From NCBI GenBank assembly GCA_964016885.1, contig OZ024740.1:199206001-199270000 (forward strand): a stretch of DNA of 64,000 nt, written 5' to 3'. This DNA is from Eledone cirrhosa. Lineage: Eukaryota. Below the pieces are notes generated by a model. That model was not told the DNA's origin and did not search any database. It was given only the letters and a program-made list of their open reading frames with translations. Shown piece after piece: positions 47,977 to 62,196 of this stretch. Within the stretch, counting starts at the first letter, position 1. The number at the start of each line of letters is the position of its first letter. The translations under genes and the position numbers were made by a program.

Positions 47977-47980
<4 letters not shown>
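46597..47980 (+). mobile_element. 5'-truncated Naiad-like PLE (linker, GIY-YIG, 3' pLTR) starting with a fold-back hairpin
   Basis: CNCRDRGRCPIKGNCLTDRVIY...KHYIG, APYNFKRKCVLCLIELYHII; hairpin 46604-46636/46662-46694; HHR at 47733-47772. Confidence 0.9.
47733..47772 (+). ncRNA. Minimal hammerhead, U3-A8 variant
   Basis: gccc-TTGAGAA-accc attc gggc-GAAAC-gtac-GTA-ggtgc. Confidence 0.75.
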
Positions 47981-48024
<44 letters not shown>

Positions 48025-48479
48025 GTTATGCAAGGAATGCTTAGGATCATCTTGAATGCAGTAATGGTTAATTGCTACACTAGATATTTGTCGACGTACG
48101 GTGAGGGGTTACTCAACGAGTTACAAAAGACGGTTAAAGAAACTTGGTTTCCGATTCCTCTATATTTCGGAGTGTAGATAAAAAATGATTAATAAAACAG
48201 TTAGACATCACAAAAAGGTAATTTATTACAAGTGTTTACATATGTTTCCTGTAAGAAATATTAAGAAACAAAGTCCCACCATATTAGTTCTGAAGAATTG
48301 GTGGTACGAACAGCATTTGAAAATTGAGTATCTGCAAATTAATAACTACCAATTTGCATATAGCATGACTAGGCTGTGTAACTACTAAGGAAACATTTGT
48401 AAACACTTGGAATAAATTACCTTTTATGATGTCTACCTGTTTTATTAATCATTCTTTATATATATGTATGTATATATAG

Positions 48480-50843
48480 CGGCAATGAATTAGTTTTACG
48501 AGGTTTTTTATATGAAATCGTGTGTCGAAACAAATATTGTTATACTTGGGGAGGGTCATATTTGTGTAATATTGCCAGAATTAATAACAGAACACACTCA
48601 CTGTTTGGTTGGTTTTCGCTTCTCGCTGTCTTTTATATCGGTAATCTAACTTACTCGGTCCTCAATGTTGCCATTGACTGACCGACGGTCAAAAATAATA
48701 CAGATACAATATAGACACAAACACATATATATAGTTTATCATAAATCTTTCGTTGCACATCTGCAATATCGTCAGTGGTGTTATATTTTCCTCCTGTGGT
48801 GTTGTATGTCTACGCCATTTTTATTCAGTCTGTCTATATATTTATTTATTTATTTGCTTGTTTGTTTATTTTATTTTGTCTTCTTTGCACATGCGTTTGC
48901 GTGTTTGTATAGTGTTTTGTTTGCTGTGTGATGGGTGACTAGTGTGTGTTTATGTGCTTGTGTATGTATTTATTTATTTATTTATTTTATTTTATTTTAT
49001 TATTTATACTTCTCTTAGGTCAGTGTTGTTTGTTTGGGTGTTGTTGTTATTCCATTCATTCTTTCTGTTTAGCCTTGGTCTTCTAATTTCTATTTCACTG
49101 GCCTCTCTGATTTGCCTATCTGCTGGGTCATTTCTATGTTTAGATATTATTCTAATTTCTATGTTACCGTCATGTTGTTGTCTAGCATGTTCGTATAGTA
49201 CTGACCTGTTTTTTGTCCTTTTAGTTCCCCCCAGTGTTGGTCTATCCTTTCACCTATGCTACGAGCTGTCTCACCTATGTATGTCGTTGTCATGTTTCTG
49301 CAAGTACCCTCTGTACATCTTATGCTATAGCCTACGTTTCTAGTTTTACAGTTTATCCGGGGTTTCACCTTACATATGATACATTTCCTATTGGTACAGT
49401 GGGTTTTCTTAAAAGGGTAGGTTTTGCTGATCAGGTATTTTATGGTGGTTCCTGGCTTTTCTACCACCTTTATTTTTAAGTGGCTCTTTCTCAGGGCCTT
49501 TCTACACGGGTTAGCTAATTTCCCTCCAGGGGTGGCGTCCACAAACATGACACTCTGGTATCTCTGGTTGTCGTACCATGAGGTGGCTTTTCCTATATTA
49601 TGTCTAGCCTATCTAAGCTATTCCATGATTTGCTCCTGTATAATGGGCAAATTCCTTTCATGTCCAGTTCTATGAGGGTCTTATATTTTTCCATGGCTCC
49701 TTCGTATACTCTGACTCTGTCTCTTTGGTTGTAGCCAGAGAACTGCATGCGGTTGATGAAGTGTTGGATGTGTCTTTCCATTTCTGTTGGGTCGCACATT
49801 CTTCATCACTCGTACCAAATCTGCGATCAGCATATTAAACTTAGCACTACTGGACATTGCTGAGATTTTGAGTATCAGGTATTTGGAGGCCATGGGTTTA
49901 GCATAGTGTGAGTGGAGAATTTAGGCTCTCTCGTCTATAGTGTTAATCCAGAGTTCTGTGTCCAATACAGGTAGTCTATTGTTAGGGTGTTTGGAAGGGA
50001 AGTCGATAGTTACAGTTATACTCTGGCGTATGGAATTAGCTATCTGCTGGATGCTTTCCATCGTGCTACGTTCTAAATGAAACTTGTTAGTGCTCTCTAG
50101 TGGGGATGTTTTTATAACTATATTGATAACGTCTACGTAACGAGAGTACATGATGAGGTCTATGGAGCTCTCATTAAGGAGATCTTTAAGTCTCCTTTCC
50201 CACCATACCATAAAAAGTTTGGCAACATCACCAGCTATGCAGACGCCAATGGCTGCTCCCTCATTTTGGGTGTAGATCTTCTATTTTAACTTGAATATGT
50301 GGCCCTTTAGGGTAGTTTTGATACTAGCCCCTGTTGCATGTGCGACCATTTTTCTTACCTAATCATTGTTTTGGGGAGTCCGTATAGCTTTGGTCCACCC
50401 AATCCACCTTCCCATGGGAGTCCTTTTTCCATTGAGGTTATGGTGGGGTTCTACCTCTTATGGGTCTACTAGGGCAGAAACGTCTAAGGTCATGGCTGTC
50501 TAGGTAGTCAGTGTCGTAGGTAAGTCTAAGTAGGAGGCCCAGTTCGTCTGTGTCGACGTCGCAGAACTCCACCTCACTCTCAATGATCATCTCCACACAT
50601 TTTTCCACAGCAGAATCAATGTTAATGGATGGGTACACTGATACCACATCCATGTTGCCTATTATGCAGTTGGATAGGTTCCTGTTTTTGTTGCACTCAC
50701 TGATTCTGCTGACGAGGTCCTCTGTACTGTCACAACAGTGAGTGTGTTCTGTTATTAATTCTGGCTATATTACACAAATATGACCCTCCCCAAGTATAAC
50801 AATATTTGTTTCGACACACGATTTCATATAAAAAACCTCGCAA

Positions 50844-50845
<2 letters not shown>
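48480..50845 (-). mobile_element. 5'-truncated Penelope-like element (RT plus GIY-YIG) with inverted 5' pLTR copy
   Basis: MDVVSVYPSI, YSRYVD, LPVLD, KPMASKYLI, C.NRKCIIC...CKTRNVGYSIRC...YIGETARSIGER; 48497-48605 inverted at 50733-50845. Confidence 0.92.
48736..48780 (-). ncRNA. Minimal type I hammerhead in the 3' pLTR
   Basis: cacca-CTGACGA-ta ttgca gatg tgcaa c-GAAA-gatt-TA-tgata. Confidence 0.65.
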
Positions 50846-50922
<77 letters not shown>

Positions 50923-51169
50923 CATATATGTATATATGTATGTACGCTTTTAGGAAACATTATCTTTTCATAATGTACTGCTCCATGACTTTGTATGAAT
51001 CAACTAGGCTTTACTTTTGGAATTGAAATTCTGCCACAAAACTTTAATGGCTTTTTTAATAAGTTCGTGTTCAAGATGACAGATGCCAACATGCAAGTTT
51101 TGATAATTATATAGCAGTCGGTCAACAGAGACGTTTTACTGGTGTAGATGAAGTTTGAAACGGAGTAGT

Positions 51170-51290
51170 AATTGTTTCTGCTTTTGGCACAAGGCCAGCA
51201 ATTGCCCAGTACATTAGTGGTACTTTATTTTATCGACCCCGTAAAGATGGAAGGCAAAGTTGACCTCGGCGGGATTTGAACTCAGAATGA
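51170..51290 (-). mobile_element. tRNA-derived SINE with Meta-SINE-like core
   Basis: Minus strand GAGTTCAAATCCCGCCGAGGTCAACTTTGCCTTCCATC...GGGGTCGATAAAATAAAGTACCA; decayed relatives near 43480-43545 and 55005-55070. Confidence 0.8.
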
Positions 51291-51466
51291 GAAACGCCGT
51301 CACACTATGCGTCAAGGCATGACTATGAAATCATTATATTGTAATTGTCATAATGTCAACTGATGTTTCTACTTCTGTGTTGCTGTAATCCAGTCATCTA
51401 ATGGCACCCATGACTGATTTGACATTTCATACTGTTAGAGTAGTCGGTGAGTCAGTTGCTTTAGAA

Positions 51467-51765
51467 CAGGGGCGTGCAACATACGGCACTCGGCTCACAA
51501 TTCGGTCCGCCACACCAATCAGAACGGATCGAGATGACTGTTTTCACTTTTTACCTTGTATGCTTAATTAGAATTTATTTCGTAATCGTAATACAAATTT
51601 CTATTGGTTGAGGCTTCATTGATGTGTGTTATAATTTCCCAGTTACATGTTATAGAAAGAAGTTGTGGTGAATATTTGGAATAGTGCTTAATAAATATTA
51701 ATGGCCCTAATAGTTGTTCCAATGTTCAAAAGTGTCCCGCCAATGGAATATCTTGCTCACGTCTT
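51467..51765 (+). mobile_element. hAT (Buster/Charlie-like) MITE
   Basis: Starts CAGGGGCGTGCAAC, ends TTGCTCACGTCTT; perfect 8-bp TSD CTTTAGAA at 51459-51466 and 51766-51773 with central TA. Confidence 0.85.
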
Positions 51766-51866
51766 CTTTAGAACATCCGATAGAATAAGGAGAGATAAAT
51801 ATGAAGTAAATACAGATATCATCATTATTAGCAAGTACAAATATTATTAAAGGGCTTATGCTGTCG

Positions 51867-51897
<31 letters not shown>

Positions 51898-51978
51898 TTC
51901 TCTCGCTCTCTGTATCTCTCTCTGTCACACACACATGTGCAAATAGACAGAAACAAATACACGCACACACACACACAC

Positions 51979-52048
<70 letters not shown>

Positions 52049-53089
52049 AAGATTAGAGAAATTATTCATTTTTTCAGCTGAGTAGATTGTAGCATTGTGT
52101 TGCCTTTAATCATGGAGCAAGGCAACACCAAGAAACGAATTCAGGGTCACAGGATAAGGGATCAATCAATTTACTCGCATTTGCATGATATATATTTATG
52201 GATAATAAATAACCAGAGGATCGTAATTAAACATTTAGAATAATACACATCCTGAAATGTACGAGATGTTATGTACTCAAATAAATTTAATGGCAAAATC
52301 TTTTCTCTCTTCGTATTAAATAACACCTGTACCTTCTTAAATATGTTCGCTTCACACCTAACGTTCCTCTTAATTCAGTATATCATTTGAATAAATCAAA
52401 TAGGAAGTTAACCCCGATGCATGATTTATTAATATATTTATCATTTGTTAAGTATTTTGTATATCTATTATTACATATAAGTGAAGTAAACTGAATATAG
52501 AGTGTGAATTTAATGCGGTGTTGCTTAAGTTTCTACATATTAACAGCCTCTTTCTCACCTCATAGGCCCTACTGTGCCCAAAGAAACTAGTAATTCATAT
52601 TTGCTGAGATTAATTATATATTGACATTGATGCGGCTCTGACAGTTTAAAATATCCAAGACGATATATGTCTCTACGATGTATCAGATATCATGGGTCCA
52701 TATTTACATACTATCTAGGACTGCCATCATTTTCTGCAACATTTCTAACAAGTTGTGGTTCATTTCTTGGCAGTATACGTGAGTTATTCACAAGGTAATC
52801 ACTAGTATAAGTGAGATTATTATGTTGGAGTAGTTATTGATGGTGACTATCTTCTCTTTGCTTTAATTTGTTAGATGTAAATGTTAGTGCTGAAAATCAA
52901 AAATTATAATCGCAAATACAATATAAGTAAGGATAATATGAATTTGCAAACCAATACTATTATTGCTCTCAATATCCCAAAGATTATTCACTTGCCGAGT
53001 GGGGTGGCACTCGTCAAATCGGACTAAAGAAACAATGTTTTCATTGGTCTTTCCATTGCTGATACTATCTACCGGTCGCCACACCTGGC

Positions 53090-53215
53090 GAAGAAGAGCA
53101 ACGTGAAATAAAGTATCTTGCTCCAGGGCACAATGCATCACCCGGTTTGAGAATTGAACTCGTAACCACACGATTGCAAATGCAACTCTCTAACCAGTAA
53201 GTCATGCGATTTCAC
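53090..53215 (-). mobile_element. tRNA-derived CORE-type SINE
   Basis: Similar to 37140-37255: TGACTTACTGG, GAGTTCAATTC, GGAGCAAGATACTTTATTTCAC. Confidence 0.75.
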
Positions 53216-56200
53216 ATACCATTAAACTTCCGGCCATTTTTCGAGACAATTGCGGATATCTTTCAACCTTACTTGATCTACATGGTAAAAGGACATATGT
53301 TACAACACATTAAGTAGAGATAAGAGAATAATTAAGAAGGATTAACTTAGCAAACTTCGGACAAATTAAACATTATATTTAATAAAGCGACAAGCAAACG
53401 TTAAATATTCTGAAATTTTTACATGTAACTTAACAAGGTAGAAACATCTCCTTGTACGGTAATAGTTACTATAAGCATTAGTAATATAAGGATCAATATA
53501 ATACTGAAATTATTAAATATTGATTAATCTAATGTCCTGCTTATGTCACTGCATTCCCCATAATGCAGTAAATGAGTTTTTACTCCATGCCTCAATACAC
53601 CTGGGCGGTGAAATAATATGCATTAATGATGGAAACTATAAGCCATATGCAAATGAAGGTAAATAATGAAATCTATTGTAAATAAATCAGATGAAATATT
53701 TACAAACTGTAATCTCTAATATAATAATTTGAGTTGAAATCGAGTTGGTCTAGAAAAAGAGAAGAGCACGAGTACGTACGTCACTCTCCTGATTCGAACG
53801 TATACCCCCCACCCCCACACACTCAAATTGTAACTGACACTAAAGTGAAAAAGGCTGGTTGTGGCATATGTCCGTACTCATTTGAATTCATAATTGAACT
53901 AAGTGAATTCACATTGACAATAAGAGAATATGCATTAGATACATGAAAAACTATGTTTGCATATCTCATAAATTATGTGTGGATTTATCAGTTTCCGTTT
54001 TCCTTTTTGTCTTCCTTCTTTTTCTTCCTTTATCATTCTTATCTAAAATGATGTATTTGGATTATGTATTTAATTGACAGGCTACTACATAAATTCTAAT
54101 CAAACATCTATAAGCAACTGTTTTATTTCTTTATTTCAATGATTCAACATTTTTGCTAACAATGGTGTCTTATGCATCAGTATTACATGGCATGAGTACC
54201 CATCACGTTTAAATTATAATAAAATGTCCTATATGAAAATAAATGATGTAACCTAAAATAGATATTATTCTGAAAACGATTGTTTTTTTTATTTACGTTT
54301 AAATAATGCATTTAACATACAATGACTGGATAGAAATTGCTTTTATTAGATACCTTTCATGTTGATATCTCAAAAATTTCACAAAAACCAAGATGGAAGA
54401 TATTTACCTAAAAAGAAGAAATAAATATAATTGAAAACAGTGTTGATAATATTTTATATTATCTTAATAAACTTGAAGTTTGTAATAAAAATTGCTTTAT
54501 AAATCAATACTGATTTTCAGAAATAAATAAAAATAATAGAAGATAGAATGAATAACTTTATTGTAAATTAATATCAATAAGATTTCACAATAAATTACAG
54601 ATAATGCAATCTATTTCTTATTTAAACATCGATTTATATATTTATTCATGGTATGAGAATAAAAAAAAGATACATTGTCTATGTAATAGGATATCAAGTT
54701 GGCCGGATGAACAAAGCATTTATTTTCTTATTATGAAGATGGAATTGTGGCTTTTTTGTATATTTTTAGTATAGTGGAGATATCGCTTCCTTTTACTGTG
54801 ACGGAATAAACTGATGAAAACAACGTAATACACCATAAATAAAAGTTACTTTTCAGTAATCATGAAGGTTTTTATGATATGAAATATGATATATCGAAAT
54901 ATCATGCACAACATGAACATGTATGATGTCAGATACAATCTTTGCCATTTGCATTTGATTGAGCTCATCCTTCTCTAGATAAAACCGTCTTCTAGGAAAA
55001 GATATCGTAAGGGAGCGAATGATAAAGATAACAGAACAGCTAAATTTGACTTAGGTGGTATTTGAACTGAGAGTGCATAACTAGGAAGAATACCGCAACG
55101 AATTCGATCTGGTGTACTAATAACACTGCCATTTTGCCACCTCTTCAAGTTAAATGTTATATCAAGATTTCATAGCTGTACGGGGACTAGGACAATGCAT
55201 TTCAACACTACATGTGTTCTTCCTAATTGAGCCGCTTTGCAGCTATAAAAATATAAGTGGATATCATAACGCTGGTGATAAGATCAGCCTGTTTCAAATA
55301 CTATCTAACCTAGTGAAGCATCTCATTTGAAGAGCTGCTATGTAACTGCATGTTGGCATCTGAGAGTGTTAACACATAATTGTTCAACAAAATATCAGAT
55401 GTTTATGGCAAAATATAACTAGCAAATGTATTTGTTTCTCATTTCCCATATTACTTTACTTAATCACACACACACATATATTTTGTATAGATGATAGATA
55501 ATGAAGACACATAGAGTACTGGTTAGGTCAGCTGGCTCTGGGCAGCGCGTTGTTTCCTGGTGTCAAGTTGTATTCTAAAAAAGTCTAAATTTGTCTCAAG
55601 CCCGGAGGCTCATCAGGCCACTACTTATACCGGTTTCTGTGGTGTTCTGGTTAACGGTATGTACGAATTACATATATGAATATGAAAAATACGTACATAC
55701 AAGTGTAAAATTGTTTGGCAATTTTTCTTTTAAATTATGAATATATTGCAATCTCTGATTACAATATTCGATTTTACTGATTTCCAATTATATTATTCTC
55801 CTAGATTTAATAATTAACTAATTAATTTAATTAGACAATTTTGTTGATTGGTTAATTATTAGTGTTTGTTTTATAACATCTAGTCGAGCGCTTATCATGA
55901 TGATTAGCGGGAATTTTAAATATTTCCTTTTTCGCTAACTTTTTGAATAACCGCCTGGAACCGGGGGTTATGTCCCTTGCAGGAATTAGCACGTGATAAT
56001 TATAGATACGATTAGCAGCTTATTGCAGCAACATATAATTTATCACTCCCATCCCAGGAAGAACGATAAACCTGTTGAAAAACTGAATCCAACGTTCGGT
56101 CACCAATGCCAGGAGCTTGCCTTTCAAGTAAGTCGGATATTTGATTTAGGATTCAAAGAAACACTTTGAACGTCTATTCGTTGAATTTGTCTATGTGTAC

Positions 56201-56409
56201 TTTTTCTCAACCTGATTAGTTCTATCGTTGCTCTGGTATATATATTGTGTGTTAGTTTAGCCTACCACAATGTTCGATTTGTCAAGCTATTTAAACGTAT
56301 GTTATTACTCTAAGGACCTATCTTATCGAGTGTTTTGCTAACTCATCATTTCATATAAGTAGGCCGAATTCATTTGCAAACAGCCAGAGATTGGATTTTA
56401 CTGATTTCC

Positions 56410-56484
<75 letters not shown>

Positions 56485-57191
56485 CTCACATACACACATA
56501 TATATATATATATACATACATACATGCCTACACCTACGTACGGGCACGCGTGTGTGTGTGTATGTTTGTGCGTGTGTGAGTATGTGTGCGTGTGTGTATG
56601 TGTGTGTGCTTGCAAGTGTGTGTGCACGAATGCAAGTGCACATATCTGTGTGGGTATGGCTGAAGTAATTGCACTCAAGCTTATGTCAGTGTTTATGTCC
56701 CGTAACTTAGCATTTCGAAAAAGAAAGTGATATATTAAATTAATAAGGAAAAGGGTCTATATGATTGACTAAACAAAGGTGGTACCCCAGTTTCACTGTA
56801 GTCTCATGACTAAATCCAATAACAAGTATGCTGCAAATAGACGTAAATTTACCTATTGATTATGCTTTTGTATAACCAGTAAATAATGCTGTCCGTGGTA
56901 TACAATCCAGTTCAATAGCTAAACTTAAAAGCAATTGTTGCTCCAAATTAATTGAAAATAAAAATTCCTGTTTTTTTTTATTTCATAACAATGGAACATA
57001 TATTTTGAGACGCGAAGTAATTTATATAAACATAAAAAATACATATACACAGAGAATCGCAAATATAGCGTATAGAAATTTAAGTGTAAAAACACGTACT
57101 CAAGCACATACATACATGGGTTTGTCAGTGTGAAAAGTAAATGAAGAAACAACACAAGGGAACGTTACAGTAAAATTAAGTTATATATTAC

Positions 57192-57585
57192 TTTAATAAT
57201 TGTTTCTACATTAGGCACAATGCCAGCGATTAACAGTACATTACTGGTACTTTATTTTATCGACCTCGTAAGGATGAAAGGCACAGTTAACCTCGGTGGG
57301 ATTTGAACTCAGATCGTAAAGGGACATAACTATGCTGAAAGCATGTCCGACCCTCTACCGACCTTAATAATTGTTTCTACTTTTGGCACAAGGCCAACAA
57401 TTATTCCAGTGGTACTGTGTATTACTGGTACTTTATTTGGTCGACCCCGTAAGGATGAAAGGCAACCTTAATAATTGTTTCTACTTTAGGCACAAGGCAA
57501 GCGATTACCCAGTGCATTACTGGTACTTTATTTTATCGACACCGTAAGGATGAAAGGCAAAGTAAACCTCGGCGGGATATGAACA
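57192..57585 (-). mobile_element. Three head-to-tail copies of the Meta-SINE-like element
   Basis: ttaataattgtttctac...ggcacaa...ttactggtactttatt...tcgac..cgtaaggatgaaaggca starting near 57193, 57364 and 57468. Confidence 0.85.
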
Positions 57586-57659
57586 CTCGTTATTTTCACT
57601 CTACTTGTTATCTCTCGGATCATGCACTACTGCGCAGTAAGGTTTCATTCAATCTTCCA

Positions 57660-57820
57660 AACAAAAGGTGTCTTCAGAGGCCACCATCCCACCCAAGATT
57701 GATGTGGGTAAGCTGCGATTAGTTGATGGGAGGCTGAAACTTTCTGCGAAGCTTGACTCATCCCTCAACACTGTTCAGATTTCTGATGACATTGAGGCTT
57801 CCTGGAAAGCACTCAAATAG
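57660..57820 (+). pseudogene. Possible LINE APE-RT linker relic
   Basis: PPKIDVGKL, then LSAKLDSSLNTVQISDDIEASWKALK in a GC-richer island. Confidence 0.35.
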
Positions 57821-59449
57821 TAAGAACAGTGCTTGACATTTCGAAGATTAATCCTTAAACAGGGAGATAAAAGATTAAATAGAAAGATTCATGAGAGAAA
57901 AAAGAGGAATATAGTGAGTATTTAGTCAAACATTCTTGAGTAGTGCTTATATATAATATATATATATATGTGTGTGTGTGTGTGCGTGAGTGTGATGCCC
58001 GCGCGCGTGTGTCTGTTTGTGTGTATGTATGTGTGTGTGTATATATATGTTCGTGTGTGTATGTGTGTATAGGGATGTAAATATGCGAGAATATACGATT
58101 TGATAAACATCGCTAATCGATTTTCGAATATTATTGGATCCTTATCATAAGATGTGTATATATAACCATTCGCTGTAAGTATTACACTCTCTGCATTTAT
58201 ACAGACACAACTTTTTATAAATACTAGACCACCCGTGACCCGTTAGGCCCCCTTTACTTCCAAATATTTTTTTTTAAAATCATATTCATATAAAAATAAT
58301 GTTTAAATAATTAAAATATACAGACGTGTATATTATATAAAATGAAACTGGAAGACCCATATATATATATATACGTATGTGTATGCATATATATATGTAT
58401 GTGTGTTTATCTTTATATATGTGCGTGTCTGTGATCTATATACACAAGTCATCGAAACACACATACACATACACACATATTCACATATATATATACACAC
58501 AACAACACCACCAGCTCTCTCTCTATCGCTCTCCCATTCTCCTTCTCTATCTCTTCTCCCTCTCTCTATGTCTCTCTTTCAATCTACTCTTTCACAACCA
58601 CTATCTCCTTCTCACTATCCTTTTCTCTCTCTCTTCATGAAGGTATCCAAAAAACCGTGCTTCGATTTACGCGAAACTTCTTTTATTCCATTTGTATTTC
58701 GCTTTCAGCGACAACTTCCTTTCAAAGTATTTTCCCATTATGCGCCATTTTGGCTGAATTACATTACAGACAAGCAAGCAAGCAAGCAATCACATACTTT
58801 TAGTAATATATAGATATATTTAAAATAATATTGTCTTTGATATAGACGAAGTGACCATATATAAAAATGAGAAAACTCATCACTGTAACAGCTAAAAGTT
58901 GTCAAAGGCTGCGATGAGCCAAAATGCCTGAGAGGACGGAGACCAAAGGCAAGTGGTCAATAGAGAGACAATCCACAAGCTGGAAGACATACATATAAAA
59001 TATAGAAAAGAGGAAGAGGAAAAAAGATGTGCGCTGTCGCACAGAAGTTACTGAAAGAAGGAAATAAAGAAAGGCAACGCACACACAAGCATATGCACCC
59101 TCTCAAACCAGCAAAATGGTTTCACCCGATTTAGATTTCTGCTGCTGCCCATTACCGCCCTTGTAGATTTCCTCTCTGTTGATCACTGGCCGCTGATCTC
59201 TGTCCTCTGAGGCATTTGTGCCCATTGCTGTGATATTGTAAAACTACTGGTGAGCAAACAGTGCTGCCCGTCGAGAGGGCTCCTTGATCATTCAGGAAGT
59301 GCCGAGCAATGTTGTCGTCCCCAGATCAAAATCAGACAACAACAATCATAAACCGCCTGTATGTTAGATTGAAATACCGCTTCCAGTTTCATCTTACATC
59401 TCCTGATTTCGACGCTTTTCTATCGCTAGTGGGCTTGAAGTGGTTGGTG

Positions 59450-59720
59450 ATTGCGGACAGGTACTTCGAGCCTGTGTGTTCTAACTGATCTCACCTTTCA
59501 CATCCAGAATTCATCTTACATGGTCTAGCAGGCGGGGACGTGGACAGCGAGGTCTTCGAGTAGATGGTCTTGCATCATAGTGTCCCTTTAGCATCTGCCT
59601 CAAAACATTAATCGGAGGCATGGGGGCTGACTAGGGTGGCGTGTGGCTGCTTGATGCTACACAACATGTCAATAAAGGCAGATTCTTGTCACTAAGAATA
59701 TTTAACGCATAGGTAGCACC
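59450..59720 (-). pseudogene. Possible decayed RTE 3' end
   Basis: ILSDKNLPLL...RPSTRRPRCPRPRLLDHV resembles RxRGRPRxRWxD. Confidence 0.35.
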
Positions 59721-60181
59721 TTGACATACACTACAGACTCTGGTAAGAGAGGACCTGGGAGTAATAGTGACTGAGAGATAACACTATACTTTCCAGAACC
59801 CCCACAACTCACGAACTAGAGTGTCACCACACGATTGTTTTGTATTAAGTTCGTTTTTCGGAAATCCTTCATAGGACTGCTGGATGATAAGAATTCTTTA
59901 TTCCGGAACTCGTGGGTTAGGGATTTATTATTTATTGATGATACAACTGGTTCTCCACGGGATTTGAAACACCACTGTACCATCTTCAACGTGGAATTTT
60001 GACGTCCGGCGCATTTTTCTGTGCTGAACTAGAAGGTTACCGCATGTTTTAATTGATGAAATTGTAAGTACATTAACGACTTCATATGTAAAACTGTTGT
60101 TACGATAATTACCTTTTTTCATCGATTTAGGCATCTAGCTGGTCTGTTGTATTACAATTACATATATATATATAAATATAA

Positions 60182-60267
<86 letters not shown>

Positions 60268-60334
60268 AAAAAGTAAATATAAATAACAATACAATCGGTA
60301 TAGTATATGGAAGGAACATATTAGGTTAAAGGGG

Positions 60335-60370
60335 CTCGTGACGTTTCGGACGCTAGTCCTTCAACAGGAG
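60335..60370 (-). ncRNA. Decayed hammerhead, sister of 8711-8744
   Basis: ctc-CTGTTGA-a-ggac tagc gtcc-GAAAC-GTC-acgag. Confidence 0.6.
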
Positions 60371-60714
60371 AAATAATGAAAAATAAGATAGGTTGAGGGG
60401 ATGGGCGGGGTGGAATAGGAAAAATATGGTTAAATAAAAATAGTATATGTGTGTGTGTATGCGTGTGTGTTTCTGTGTATGTGTGTGTGTGTGTCTTGAA
60501 AGGAAAGTCAAATAATTCATAGGGACTAAAACATATTAAGTCTGCGCACTTTTCATTAACAAAATCATATAATCGATAATTTCGATTAATTAATTCGTTT
60601 TTGTCAAGATTATCAGGAATGATAAATGAGTAAAATATCCCTTCAAGTGGAAAATATAAATTGCTTTATGAGAAGTCTATATATATTATTAAACTAATGA
60701 CTGATTATATGGAG

Positions 60715-60814
60715 ATATAAAAGATACAGAAGCGAAAACAAACCAAATAGAGAGTGTGTTGTGTTATTAATTCTGGCAATATTATTACAACAATAGGACC
60801 CTCCCCAAGTATAA

Positions 60815-60815
<1 letters not shown>
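60715..60815 (+). mobile_element. Solo pLTR terminus, family of 48480-50845 and 34716-34955
   Basis: cagaagcgaaaac.aaccaaa.ag.gagtgtgtt.tgttattaattctggcaatatt...gaccctccccaagtataac. Confidence 0.8.
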
Positions 60816-60889
<74 letters not shown>

Positions 60890-60891
<2 letters not shown>

Positions 60892-61162
60892 TATCTATCT
60901 ATCTAAGGCGGGTAAAATTCCCGAGATCCATGGACGAGTTCTCTCCAGCGGTCTCTGTCCCTCATTATCGCTGCCATATCCTGCATCTCCAACAGACCAG
61001 TGTCTGTCCTTAGGGCATCAACATATGTTAACCTTGGTCTTCCTCTTCTAGTGTGTCCATGTAGGGGCTCCCAAAGGACCACTGAGTGCAATGTCAACTC
61101 TGGATGTCGGTGAGCATGTCCAGCCAACCTCAATCTCCTCTGTGTCACTTTTGAGCTGACTT
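60890..61162 (-). mobile_element. 5'-truncated RTE LINE with (TAGA)n tail
   Basis: RRLRLAGHAHRH...LWEP.HG..RRGRPRLTYVD.L..DTGL...M.DRDRWR. Confidence 0.88.
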
Positions 61163-61166
61163 ATAC

Positions 61167-61213
<47 letters not shown>

Positions 61214-61215
<2 letters not shown>

Positions 61216-61520
61216 CAATGATATAAAATAAATGGAAACTATATTTATAAAACCATACAGGAAACCTTCAACCGTTAAGATCCTATCCTGGTTATGTCAA
61301 TATTTATAGAACAAACTTTGTATGTTATCTGATGAGGGCAAACCAAAGTTTTGGTACCCTTGAAATATATATAATAGAATAAATATGGTTTTATAAATAT
61401 AGTTTCCATTTATTTAATATCATTGAACATTATACTCCAGAAATCTGTTCAGTGCTTTGAATCAGTTATAAAAATTAAATTTTGTTAAATTACCAACAAA
61501 TTAAATATCCCTTTTGCATA
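61214..61520 (+). mobile_element. pLTR-like unit with 43-bp inverted 5' copy
   Basis: 61214-61257 inverted against 61384-61426; family of 37643-38120. Confidence 0.85.
61325..61377 (+). ncRNA. Hammerhead with extended stem II and (TA)n stem III
   Basis: ttat-CTGATGA-gggcaa accaaa gt tttggt accc tt-GAAA-tatata-TA-atag. Confidence 0.72.
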
Positions 61521-61770
61521 TATGTACATATATATCTAAAGATCCCATTAATGGTGAAAACAGCGATTCTTTGCTTAAATTTTAATCTGTTCTTATATAT
61601 ATATATATATACATATATTAGGCTATGCTCATTTTAATGGCTGTTATCATATAGTGGTGAGATTATGTGACACCATGCATATATTTATATATGGCCAAAT
61701 GCCTTTTATTACTAAATGTGTATGTACCATATATCTATCTATCTATGTGTGGATACATAAATCTATATTT

Positions 61771-61820
<50 letters not shown>

Positions 61821-61858
61821 AGTAAGAATATTTTCGAAACAGCGAGTTGGTTTAAAAT

Positions 61859-62055
<197 letters not shown>

Positions 62056-62196
62056 TATATTAGAAAGTGAGGTTTTTTTTACAAAATGAAAAATAACCGA
62101 GGTGTCCTACACGAGTGAAAGTATAAAGAAAAAAAGATGAAATCGAAATTGCAACTGGAGTCTTATTTTAAAAAAAATATATATTGTTATTTGGTT

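Noticed and set aside
55598-55648. Minus-strand GAAACCGGTA...CTGATGA-gcc looks like a permuted hammerhead
   Set aside because: No stem I or closing stem II can be formed in that order. It resembles a common SINE 3' segment (CAGAAACCGG.ATAAGC...GGCCTGATG).
58222-58252. Possible minus-strand Helitron 3' end (hairpin plus CTAG)
   Set aside because: The hairpin is poor and no matching 5' TC end was identified.
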